A DNA stretch of 44,494 nucleotides, taken from the IMG/VR virus record IMGVR_UViG_3300031566_000095. One strand, 5' to 3'. A model generated the notes under the pieces. It was not told the origin of the DNA. It made no database searches and saw only the letters and a list, made by a program, of their open reading frames with translations. This document shows, one piece after another, positions 7,507 through 14,599 of this stretch (positions are counted from its first letter, which is position 1; every line of letters begins with the position of its first letter). Both the position numbers and the translations under genes were made by a program. The stretch is from a virus.

Positions 7507-7650
7507 GGATGAACAGAAAAAGAAGCGCCAGCAGCGGAGAAACAAAGTTGCGACAGAGCTTCAGGAACTGCCGGCGCTTGAGGGCTTTTGCAAAAAGGAT
7601 TCAATCGGTTACTCTGTCGCATTCTAATTCTCCTGTATTTCATTTTCTGT

Positions 7651-7680
7651 ATTATCGGGTAAATTCCAATTGGAAGTCAA
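7651..7680 (-). promoter_or_regulatory. Sigma70-like promoter with a palindromic operator in the spacer
   Basis: Gene strand reads TTGACT-18 nt-GATAAT. The spacer contains the perfect palindrome TTCCAATTGGAA (7664-7675). Lies in the AT-rich divergent region. Confidence 0.55.
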
Positions 7681-7762
7681 GGGAATTATTTGGTTTTTTT
7701 CTAAAATCTTGAAAAATCTTTGGCGACGTATCCCTAATCCCTTGATAAATCTATGGTTATAT

Positions 7763-8041
7763 ATGGGTACTGGACAGGGTAAAATCACATTCAGCAAGGA
7801 TATAAGCGAATATGTAGTTGATATATTCGAGCGTTTGTACAAGGACCTGGGCTCGCCAAAGTATCGTATTCTTGAGGCAGCTATTGAGTCTTTTTCTGAA
7901 CTACCGCGAGAATTTCAATATGCCCTTAAGGGGTACAATGAGGCCGATAGGAAACTTTGCCTTGATTTGATTCGTGAGCTTGAATTGCGGCAGCAACGAT
8001 CTGAACCCGGTATAAAGGCCAGGTCTTCAAAGACCGGGTGA
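7763..8041 (+). CDS. Ribbon-helix-helix-like small regulator (92 aa); the only plus-strand gene
   Basis: GKITFSKDISEYVVDIFERLYKDLGSPKYRILEAAIESF fits a beta-helix-turn-helix RHH layout. Start trimmed to the ATG at 7763. AT-rich context. Confidence 0.5.
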   Translation: MGTGQGKITFSKDISEYVVDIFERLYKDLGSPKYRILEAAIESFSELPREFQYALKGYNEADRKLCLDLIRELELRQQRSEPGIKARSSKTG

Positions 8042-8102
8042 TTTCTTGAATGAGTTGCTCTTTCTGAAAGTCGATAATGCGGGGTTCGTCCGGTCTTTTC
8101 AT
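7926..8102 (-). CDS. Possible small ORF (58 aa) convergent with and overlapping the RHH gene
   Basis: Hand translation starts MKRPDEPRIIDFQKEQLIQEITRSLK. SD AGGAG 6 nt upstream. Overlaps 7763..8041 by about 116 nt, so one of the two may be spurious there. Confidence 0.25.
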   Translation of the reverse strand: MKRPDEPRIIDFQKEQLIQEITRSLKTWPLYRVQIVAAAIQAHESNQGKVSYRPHCTP

Positions 8103-8220
8103 CGCTTGCTCCTGAAAAGTCCTCCATCCTTCATAGTCCAGTGCCGGGCGAAAGACGACGTATAACGGGTAATTATTGCGTGCGGCGATGAATTGACCTT
8201 AAGAGGTAACCCCATTTCAT

Positions 8221-8266
8221 AAAAAAAGTGGCCGGGGCCGTCCTTACGGATAGGCCAGCCCTGGCC
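8221..8266 (-). terminator. Rho-independent terminator closing the minus-strand unit (shared with the plus-strand gene)
   Basis: ggccggggc (8230-8238) pairs with gccctggcc (8258-8266). On the minus strand the hairpin is followed by TTTTTTT (8221-8227). Confidence 0.75.
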
Positions 8267-8272
8267 GTGTGT

Positions 8273-8656
8273 TCATCTTCTCTTCATAAAATCACCGTCT
8301 TGGAGTTCTCCACTGCTATACTTTCGCAAACTTTTGTGGCACTCAATACAAACGTTTAGATTCCCGCCCTCGACAGGACTGTCGCACTGAGCCCACTTTC
8401 CGTGATTCGGATCAGGAGGGTACTGAGAATGGCGCGGATCTCGCTCCTGTAATGCGGCCTTTAATCGCAGCGAGCGGAAGAGACTCTCCTGGAGCGCGTT
8501 TGATTTCTTCCAGTACTCGGCGGACCGGGCGGCATGTTCCTTCGCCACGGCCAGCTCCGGCGGATCCCAGTACGTGAAAAAAACCAGCAACCCTAAAAGA
8601 ATCAAACAAATCGCCAACAATATTATTCGCAACTCCTTTCCCATCTCCTTTTTCAT
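8273..8656 (-). CDS. Membrane-anchored protein (127 aa), moron gene
   Basis: N-terminal anchor LRIILLAICLILLGLLVFF. CIECH motif. SD AAGGAGAG. AT-richer block. Confidence 0.6.
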   Translation of the reverse strand: MKKEMGKELRIILLAICLILLGLLVFFTYWDPPELAVAKEHAARSAEYWKKSNALQESLFRSLRLKAALQERDPRHSQYPPDPNHGKWAQCDSPVEGGNLNVCIECHKSLRKYSSGELQDGDFMKRR

Positions 8657-8719
8657 CTTTCTCTCCTTTTCCGATCCAGGTATCCAGGACATTGAATCCA
8701 ATTGATACTTTCGATTCTC

Positions 8720-8854
8720 TTACCCTAAATAGCCGTCGTGGCGTTTGTACCATTTGTCTTCCCGGTGATGTTCGGAAAGCAAGCATAAGAAAACTACAAT
8801 GAAAACTACAAGGGCGATTATGCCCATCATCGAGACTACGATCAGTCTGACCAT
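8720..8854 (-). CDS. Small membrane protein (44 aa), not in the ORF track
   Basis: Hand translation: MVRLIVVSMMGIIALVVFIVVFLCLLSEHHREDKWYKRHDGYLG. SD GGAGGTG. Confidence 0.5.
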   Translation of the reverse strand: MVRLIVVSMMGIIALVVFIVVFLCLLSEHHREDKWYKRHDGYLG

Positions 8855-8874
8855 TTTTCACCTCCACGTTTTTT

Positions 8875-9270
8875 TTATTCTTTTGACCACCGACTCAAAA
8901 GTCCATTTGTAAAATAAAAACTGTTCGTTGGAAAACGAAAACGATGAACTCCTATACGATCTTCGTAGGCATAACTCAGTATTACCGTACCCTGTCCTAA
9001 GTCTTGCGTTTGTGAAGGCGTTCCCCACAAGTTTAGAAAATCCGTGACAGGCATGCCCGCATAGACTTGACCATTTTCCAGAGATTTCTCAAGGTCCTGT
9101 TGTCGCTGAACTTTTGTCATCGTATTGTCCAGCGTTTGTCTTTGCGCTTGAATTGATGCACGTTCAGATTCAAGTCTTGTACGCTGTCCTGGGTTGTCGT
9201 ACACAAAAGGACCTGCACACCCGCCCAACAATACCAACATTAAACAAATTGTCAGCATTACTCTTTTCAT
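8875..9270 (-). CDS. Lipoprotein, SmpA/OmlA (BamE)-like
   Basis: MKRVMLTICLMLVLLGGC lipobox. GMPVTDFLNLWGTP...FYFTNGLLSRW resembles the BamE fold signature. SD AAGGAGAG. Confidence 0.7.
   Translation of the reverse strand: MKRVMLTICLMLVLLGGCAGPFVYDNPGQRTRLESERASIQAQRQTLDNTMTKVQRQQDLEKSLENGQVYAGMPVTDFLNLWGTPSQTQDLGQGTVILSYAYEDRIGVHRFRFPTNSFYFTNGLLSRWSKE
9209..9270. repeat. 62-bp exact direct repeat, copy 1 (signal-peptide coding region)
   Basis: Identical to 9598..9659. Confidence 0.95.
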
Positions 9271-9308
9271 CTTTCTCTCCTTTCTTTTGCTTCTGGCTTG
9301 ACGATTGA

Positions 9309-9659
9309 CTATCCACGCCAATTTGTAAGAAGGCCATTTTCAAATGTGAACAAATAGACCTTGTAGCCATAGCGGTAGCTTCGCACAGCTATGTTACCAT
9401 ACCTCCAAGTCTCCCGGATGATATTGCCCTCAGCAGAGCGATCTCTGGCCGCGGGACCCCCACAAATCATTAAAAGTTCGTCTTGGCTCATGCCGATGTG
9501 GATAGTACTATCGGCCAGTTTGGGTTCAAAAAACGCGAGGATTTCCTTGTTCGTATTATAAACGCCCCCGCCGTCAAGTTGGGTTTTGAATTGTATGGGA
9601 CCTGCACACCCGCCCAACAATACCAACATTAAACAAATTGTCAGCATTACTCTTTTCAT
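9309..9659 (-). CDS. Lipoprotein paralog, SmpA/OmlA (BamE)-like
   Basis: Signal peptide identical to MKRVMLTICLMLVLLGGCAGP. GMSQDELLMICGGP...YLFTFENGLLTNW. Start trimmed to 9659 (SD AAGGAGAAG). Confidence 0.7.
   Translation of the reverse strand: MKRVMLTICLMLVLLGGCAGPIQFKTQLDGGGVYNTNKEILAFFEPKLADSTIHIGMSQDELLMICGGPAARDRSAEGNIIRETWRYGNIAVRSYRYGYKVYLFTFENGLLTNWRG
9598..9659. repeat. 62-bp exact direct repeat, copy 2
   Basis: Identical to 9209..9270. Confidence 0.95.
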
Positions 9660-9672
9660 GTTCTTCTCCTTT

Positions 9673-9738
9673 GAAAAAGGTGGGCCGCTTGCGGTTGATA
9701 CGCATAGACCCATAAGGTTGATGCACCGTTCGCGGCCC
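9673..9738 (-). promoter_or_regulatory. Structured 5' leader with a terminator-like hairpin
   Basis: On the gene strand, GGGCCGC (9738-9732) pairs with GCGGCCC (9688-9682), followed by ACCTTTTTC and then the SD. The loop holds two copies of RTATCAACC/GCATCAACC. Confidence 0.35.
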
Positions 9739-9782
9739 ATGATTTTATACTTTGATTGTGAGTCTATTCGTATCATACCCAC

Positions 9783-9811
9783 AATATAGCGAGCAAAGGC
9801 CGGCTGGTCAA
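9783..9811 (-). promoter_or_regulatory. Sigma70-like promoter of the lipoprotein moron
   Basis: Gene strand reads TTGACC-17 nt-TATATT, about 115 nt upstream of the ATG at 9659. Confidence 0.65.
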
Positions 9812-10048
9812 GACAATTTCCGAATCTTTGCCCGCTCACAGAAGCCCACAGGGCCTCGTTTGGGGCCACCCGTTGCCCACGGGGGCGACGATCTCCCTCA
9901 TTATGGCGTAATGGTAGCCTCCTCCAGGGGGCGTTCGTGGGCTGGCGCTCGCGTGAACGGCATCCTGTGGCGCAGAATGGCCAATAGAGAACGCCGCCGG
10001 CGTTCGGGCCCGCCGACGGCGTCACACGAAAGGAAGCAGATCGCTCGG

Positions 10049-10082
10049 AATTTACTATTTCTGATTTATGATTTATGATTGT
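10049..10082 (-). repeat. Heptad array
   Basis: aatttac tatttct gatttat gatttat gattgt. Confidence 0.85.
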
Positions 10083-10293
10083 TATCCGCGTCCAGGGCGG
10101 CGGCGCTGATCCGGCGCAGCTCGTAGATCGCCTGGGCCGTCGCCGTCAACTCTTTGCGGCAGTCGGCGACGCGGCCTTCCAACGCCAGCAGTTCGAGGCT
10201 CAGCACCTGATACCGCCGCCAGCAGGCCATGACCCGCTCGTGCAGCTCCCGGACCTTGTCGAGCGGACACACCAGGGCCACCGGCGAGGGCAT
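10066..10293 (-). CDS. Small coiled-coil protein (75 aa)
   Basis: Start trimmed to the ATG at 10293, because the upstream part of the ORF is the inverted 9-mer element. Confidence 0.5.
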   Translation of the reverse strand: MPSPVALVCPLDKVRELHERVMACWRRYQVLSLELLALEGRVADCRKELTATAQAIYELRRISAAALDADNNHKS

Positions 10294-10300
10294 CGATTCT

Positions 10301-10386
10301 TTAGCCACAGAGGGCACAGAGAACACAGAGATATTTTCACCTTTGTCCGGATCCATCATTCAATCGACAATCGTAAATCATAAATC
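10301..10386 (+). repeat. Composite cassette in plus orientation
   Basis: ttagc cacagaggg cacagagaa cacagagat (10301-10332), a spacer, then caatcga caatcgt aaatcat aaatc (10359-10386). Confidence 0.9.
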
Positions 10387-10391
10387 TCCCG

Positions 10392-10413
10392 CCCTGCCCC
10401 TATCAGGGCAGGG
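10392..10413 (-). terminator. GC-rich hairpin overlapping the stop of 10403..10810
   Basis: ccctgccc-ctatca-gggcaggg. Followed on the gene strand by a partly T-rich heptad array. Confidence 0.4.
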
Positions 10414-10810
10414 ATGGCCCCTGGCTGGCCCCCGGCTGCGAGATCGGGGGCCGGGCTGGCTGTGCCTGGCCCTGGTACAGAGAGAGCAGCCAAGCCGTCA
10501 CGGCGATGATGGCCGCCGATAGAACCACCCTCAGTAGGCCCAGCCAGAAACTCCGCCAGCGGTCGGTGGACGATTTAAGGCTGTCTTTGCACAGCAGAAG
10601 CTTTTCGACTTTATACGTCAGGCCAGTTCCATTGTCATCGCCGTAGAGCGTCTTCTTGAACGCCGAGACATGGCCGTCGAGCGATTTGTGGGCCTCGGTA
10701 TGGACGGCCTTGAATTTCAGAAGCTCAGTACACTTGCCGTCGACTTCATCGAGCTGGAGCTTGATATCCTTGACCACGCCTAAGATCACGTCGAGTTCAG
10801 CCATGTTCAT
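10403..10810 (-). CDS. Tail-anchored membrane protein (135 aa)
   Basis: Helical N-terminus. C-terminal TM segment FWLGLLRVVLSAAIIAVTAWLLSL. SD AAGGAA. Confidence 0.65.
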   Translation of the reverse strand: MNMAELDVILGVVKDIKLQLDEVDGKCTELLKFKAVHTEAHKSLDGHVSAFKKTLYGDDNGTGLTYKVEKLLLCKDSLKSSTDRWRSFWLGLLRVVLSAAIIAVTAWLLSLYQGQAQPARPPISQPGASQGPSLP

Positions 10811-10819
10811 TCCTTTTTT

Positions 10820-10888
10820 TTAGCCACAGAGGGCACAGAGCGCACAGAGTTTCAAAATCAGAAATCATAAATCGGAAATCGCAAATCC
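10820..10888 (+). repeat. Composite cassette in plus orientation
   Basis: ttagc cacagaggg cacagagcg cacagagtt, then tcaaaatcagaaatcataaatcggaaatcgcaaatc. Confidence 0.9.
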
Positions 10889-10889
10889 C

Positions 10890-11315
10890 TTACGCCGGCG
10901 GCTCGCTGGCAATTTGCATCTTGCAGTCGTAGCTCTCGGTATCGAGCAGGGCGACGCCGGCGCCGGACTTGAGCGGCTCGGTGGCGATCAGGTAGCCCGA
11001 GTCGTCGCTGCTGGTCGCCAGGAACCGCGTCTTGGCCAGGGCCCAGTCGCCGCCGGCGGCGGTGAACGTCACCTTTTTCGTCGTCAAGGTCCAGCCGTTG
11101 TCGCCCGCGGGGGCCGCGATCATCTCGGCGTCGTCGCCGGCGACGGCCTGCCGCGCATAGCCGCTGCCGGCCAGCTCGGTCAGATCGCCGAGCGAGGCCG
11201 CCTTGGCGATCTCATCCTCTGCCTCTTCGCACCAGCCGATATAATAGTTCTCCGGCAAGCTGACCAGGCCATTGGCCAGTTTGAAAAAGAATTCAATTCC
11301 TTCGGTTTTGATCAT
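10890..11315 (-). CDS. Tail-module protein, paralog of 18049..18468
   Basis: Shares the pattern ...L.G...GY......D......GW/T.T...V.F.A.G..W... with 18049..18468. Start trimmed to 11315. Confidence 0.6.
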   Translation of the reverse strand: MIKTEGIEFFFKLANGLVSLPENYYIGWCEEAEDEIAKAASLGDLTELAGSGYARQAVAGDDAEMIAAPAGDNGWTLTTKKVTFTAAGGDWALAKTRFLATSSDDSGYLIATEPLKSGAGVALLDTESYDCKMQIASEPPA

Positions 11316-11316
11316 G

Positions 11317-14300
11317 TCAATATCCCCAATTTTCAAACATCCCATCAAAGTATTCTTCAGTGTCATAACCTACAACAGCCCATATTGCACCGCCCTCGAC
11401 GGAACCTAAAAAACGTCCCTTAACATATAAGTCAATAGGACCACTACGCCACCAATTGAGGGCACCCACCATTTGGTCTGGATTATTGGGTACATCTACC
11501 ACAATAGCATATTCTTGTTCGGCGGATACGATAATCGGTGTAGTCAGTTCAAATTCATACCATGCTTTATTTGCTGACGGTGTGGCAACCAAATTAGCCT
11601 GACTTGATATAGTACTTAGTGCTGCACCCAAAATAATGTTCGATGGGTCTGAACCATCCGTAACTTCGTGTATTGTGATATTCAATTGAACGCCATCATT
11701 CCATACTATCGGTTCACCTTCAATTCGGGACAATTTCAATTTGATAAACGTTAAAGTATAGGATTCATCTGGAGTAAATGTGTGACCACCTATAATATGG
11801 TAGGGACTATAAACACGGATGGGATAAAAACTCGTATCATCTGTATTGTGATAATCTTTCAGTTCCGGTTCAGGCGGCAAATAAGGCCCATACTCATAAG
11901 AGCCGCCGCCGGGGGTCATGAAGGTAATCCGCGAATATTCCACGACCGGCTGGGGCGGCAGCAGGCGTGCGATCAAATCCACAACGGTCTGCTGCGTCGG
12001 TGGCCGCGCGGGCTGGCCGGCAGGCCCGGGCCAGATGTAGTTCTTGTCGGGGCAATCGGGGTCCCATTCCGGATCGTCCGCTTCGAAAAGCTGCTCATCG
12101 TAGGTCTCGACGGTCACGTCAAAGTAGTTATCCACCGTCGGCTCTATTTTTGTGATGCGCCGAAGCTTAATGGCGCCGGCACCGTCGATGGCAACGATGT
12201 TGTTCTTGACCGGCGGTACGGTCCAGGACCCGGTAATCGTCACGACCCGGCCCACGCAGGACTCGATGACCTGCGCATAAATACCCACCACCTCGCCCAC
12301 GTCGTTATAAGTGCGGATGTAAAGGATATCCTCGGCTACAGCGTCCACAATGCGGTCCAGCTCGACCGTATTGGCCGCGTCGCTTTTGACGACGCGGTAC
12401 GCCTGTCCCCAGTTCGGCACTCTGTGCTGCAACATGACCACGTCGCCCAGGCGATAGCGGAACGCATCTTTGTAGGTCCTGAAGTTGTTCACGTTGCGAA
12501 TGAGCCTGTTGCGCTCGAGGGCGTGGTGGGCGACATGGATCGCCGTGCCGCGCGTGGTGATGCCGATGCCTTCGATACTGATCGCCTGCGTATAAGTGCC
12601 GGCATTTTCATTGCCGAATGGAACATGCGTTCTTTCGTAACCCTGTCGCGAGTCCTGGAAGAACACCTCGACCATGCCGGCCAGCGTGTCTTTGCCGGTC
12701 CATGCGCTACGCCAGGACTTCAGCATGACATTATCCATCGTCACGAGGTCGATCACGTCGTCAACGGGCTTGTCGATCCACCCGGTTAGCGTATGTCCCT
12801 GCCAGTAGAGGTAGGCCCTGCCAATCTGGGCGATTTCATTGACGAGCGTCCAGATGTCCGTCTCGAAATCGACAATCAGATCGCACGCCATACGATCTTC
12901 GGTACTTTCCTCGCCATAACCATCCAGGACTTGAACCTCGCACCACTCCGCCCATTCAAGGAAGAAGGCCAGGTCCAACTTATCGGGTGATATCCCTTCG
13001 TACCGCTCGATTTCATATTCCACGGTATCGCCGTTTCCGGAGATGATCGGCTGTGTCAGGACATCAAAGACGACCCACGCCCGGTTGCGAGAATATTCAA
13101 TGCTCCCTGTCGCACCATTCCAGATGAGCCTGTCTTCGCGCACGACCTTGACGTCGATGTTCCCACTGAGCTGTGACGTGGCAATCGCCCTAATGCCTAT
13201 AAGCGCCTTGCCCGGCCGCGCGAAGGCCACGTCGACGACCTCGCGCACCGATTTGATATGGACGTTATTGACATGCCTATCCCCTGTTGCAGAGTAACTG
13301 GTAAAGTCCAGGTCGTATTGCGTGCCCCGGACGCAGTTAAAACCCAGGCCGGAGAGCTTATAAAGCTTGAACCACGGTGTGACCTTTTCTGCCGTGATGG
13401 ACGCGGAAAAGAGCACCGTCCAATCCTCCAGACCATGTACGGATATACGCACCCTGACGTGGTGCGAAGAAGCACTGCGGTCGCCATCTTTGGAATATTT
13501 GTAAAGCCCTTGCGGAAAGACTAACGTGTATTCGAGGTCATCGAAATAATCGTTGGGCGTCGTGAAGATGATTGGGGGGTTGCCATAAACAAGCTCGTTA
13601 CCCAATTCATATTCCAGCTTCGTCTTCTCGAAGCCCTCCATGACGGTCTGATCCATCGTGCCTGTGCGTTCCCGGATACTCACGTCACCGAAATTGGTGG
13701 CCGGCTGGTCGTTGAGATAAACCGCGTTCGAACCCACACCTTGCGTGGGCCCATCACCGTGCTCGATAATCATGTAGAGGACTTCACGTTCTTCAAGAGT
13801 GCCCTCTCCGGTATTGAAATTGGCCGTATTCGTGTACCAGGAACGGACTTCGTGCTGGCCGAGTATATTGCACTCTACCGTTCCACCCGGATAATACGTC
13901 GTCCTGGCAGTATCCCAAGCCTTCAGCTCGTAGAGGTAGTGATAGACATAGGTCCTGTAACAAGGCAATTCGAGGTCCATGTACAAATACGATTCAATCT
14001 TGACTTTGCTTACGTCATGCCAGGGACCGCCGGCCGTAATGCTGATGGTATCTTCACCCTCTCCTTTCACAGTATAGTTTTTCGTATTGATGAGATTCCA
14101 TGCACCCCCATAATAGAAATAGACCTTCTCATACCCCCCGAAATCATTTGTCCCTCCCGTTATTTGCCAATACCTGTGATAGCTCACCCTATCGATGACG
14201 GGTTCAGTGGCCGGAAATTCAACGATGACCTCATATTTTCCATAGACCTTTATCGTTCCCTGGGGCGGAACGTCCATATCTCCGTAACAACCAAAACCGA

Positions 14301-14598
14301 CTTTCATCGCGGGATTCGTGACATCCGTCCATTTGGCGACGATGTTCCCGTGATGCATGTTCCGGCCGTAGGCCCGCGGACGGACGATGCCCTCTCGCTC
14401 CGTCGTGTGCGGGTTCCAGGAACGGCTCTGCGGATCGGCGGTGCTCGTATCGGCGGATTTGGGATCCTGACCGAAGAGCTTCTGGGCAAGCAGCGACAGC
14501 CCTACGGATATAGCAACGGTTACGGCAGTCTTGACAATAAAAGTCCAGATTATAGCCGCCGTAATCGGATCCTGAGCAAGTATTGGGCATGGCCACAT
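11317..14598 (-). CDS. Host-specificity / central tail-tip protein (gpJ-like), 1093 aa
   Basis: Size and position after a gpL-like protein. N-terminal hydrophobic segment and RPRAYGRNMHHGNIVAKW, like the vPvvYG+.r..G.viw signature of phage tail-tip proteins. The last ~200 aa are AT-richer. Confidence 0.8.
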   Translation of the reverse strand: MWPCPILAQDPITAAIIWTFIVKTAVTVAISVGLSLLAQKLFGQDPKSADTSTADPQSRSWNPHTTEREGIVRPRAYGRNMHHGNIVAKWTDVTNPAMKVGFGCYGDMDVPPQGTIKVYGKYEVIVEFPATEPVIDRVSYHRYWQITGGTNDFGGYEKVYFYYGGAWNLINTKNYTVKGEGEDTISITAGGPWHDVSKVKIESYLYMDLELPCYRTYVYHYLYELKAWDTARTTYYPGGTVECNILGQHEVRSWYTNTANFNTGEGTLEEREVLYMIIEHGDGPTQGVGSNAVYLNDQPATNFGDVSIRERTGTMDQTVMEGFEKTKLEYELGNELVYGNPPIIFTTPNDYFDDLEYTLVFPQGLYKYSKDGDRSASSHHVRVRISVHGLEDWTVLFSASITAEKVTPWFKLYKLSGLGFNCVRGTQYDLDFTSYSATGDRHVNNVHIKSVREVVDVAFARPGKALIGIRAIATSQLSGNIDVKVVREDRLIWNGATGSIEYSRNRAWVVFDVLTQPIISGNGDTVEYEIERYEGISPDKLDLAFFLEWAEWCEVQVLDGYGEESTEDRMACDLIVDFETDIWTLVNEIAQIGRAYLYWQGHTLTGWIDKPVDDVIDLVTMDNVMLKSWRSAWTGKDTLAGMVEVFFQDSRQGYERTHVPFGNENAGTYTQAISIEGIGITTRGTAIHVAHHALERNRLIRNVNNFRTYKDAFRYRLGDVVMLQHRVPNWGQAYRVVKSDAANTVELDRIVDAVAEDILYIRTYNDVGEVVGIYAQVIESCVGRVVTITGSWTVPPVKNNIVAIDGAGAIKLRRITKIEPTVDNYFDVTVETYDEQLFEADDPEWDPDCPDKNYIWPGPAGQPARPPTQQTVVDLIARLLPPQPVVEYSRITFMTPGGGSYEYGPYLPPEPELKDYHNTDDTSFYPIRVYSPYHIIGGHTFTPDESYTLTFIKLKLSRIEGEPIVWNDGVQLNITIHEVTDGSDPSNIILGAALSTISSQANLVATPSANKAWYEFELTTPIIVSAEQEYAIVVDVPNNPDQMVGALNWWRSGPIDLYVKGRFLGSVEGGAIWAVVGYDTEEYFDGMFENWGY

Positions 14599-14599
14599 A

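Noticed and set aside
6771-7643. N-terminal extensions of track ORFs (6771..7643, 9309..10025, 22688..23524, 26671..28203, 5838..6488, 23780..24850, 36942..37253, 39585..40817, 32122..33156)
   Set aside because: The upstream parts run through repeat elements, leaders or neighbouring genes. Internal ATGs with good SD sequences and overlap-coupled stops give more plausible starts.
8412-8867. 151-aa ORF
   Set aside because: It overlaps two better ORFs (8273..8656 and 8720..8854) that have strong SD sequences and membrane-protein character.
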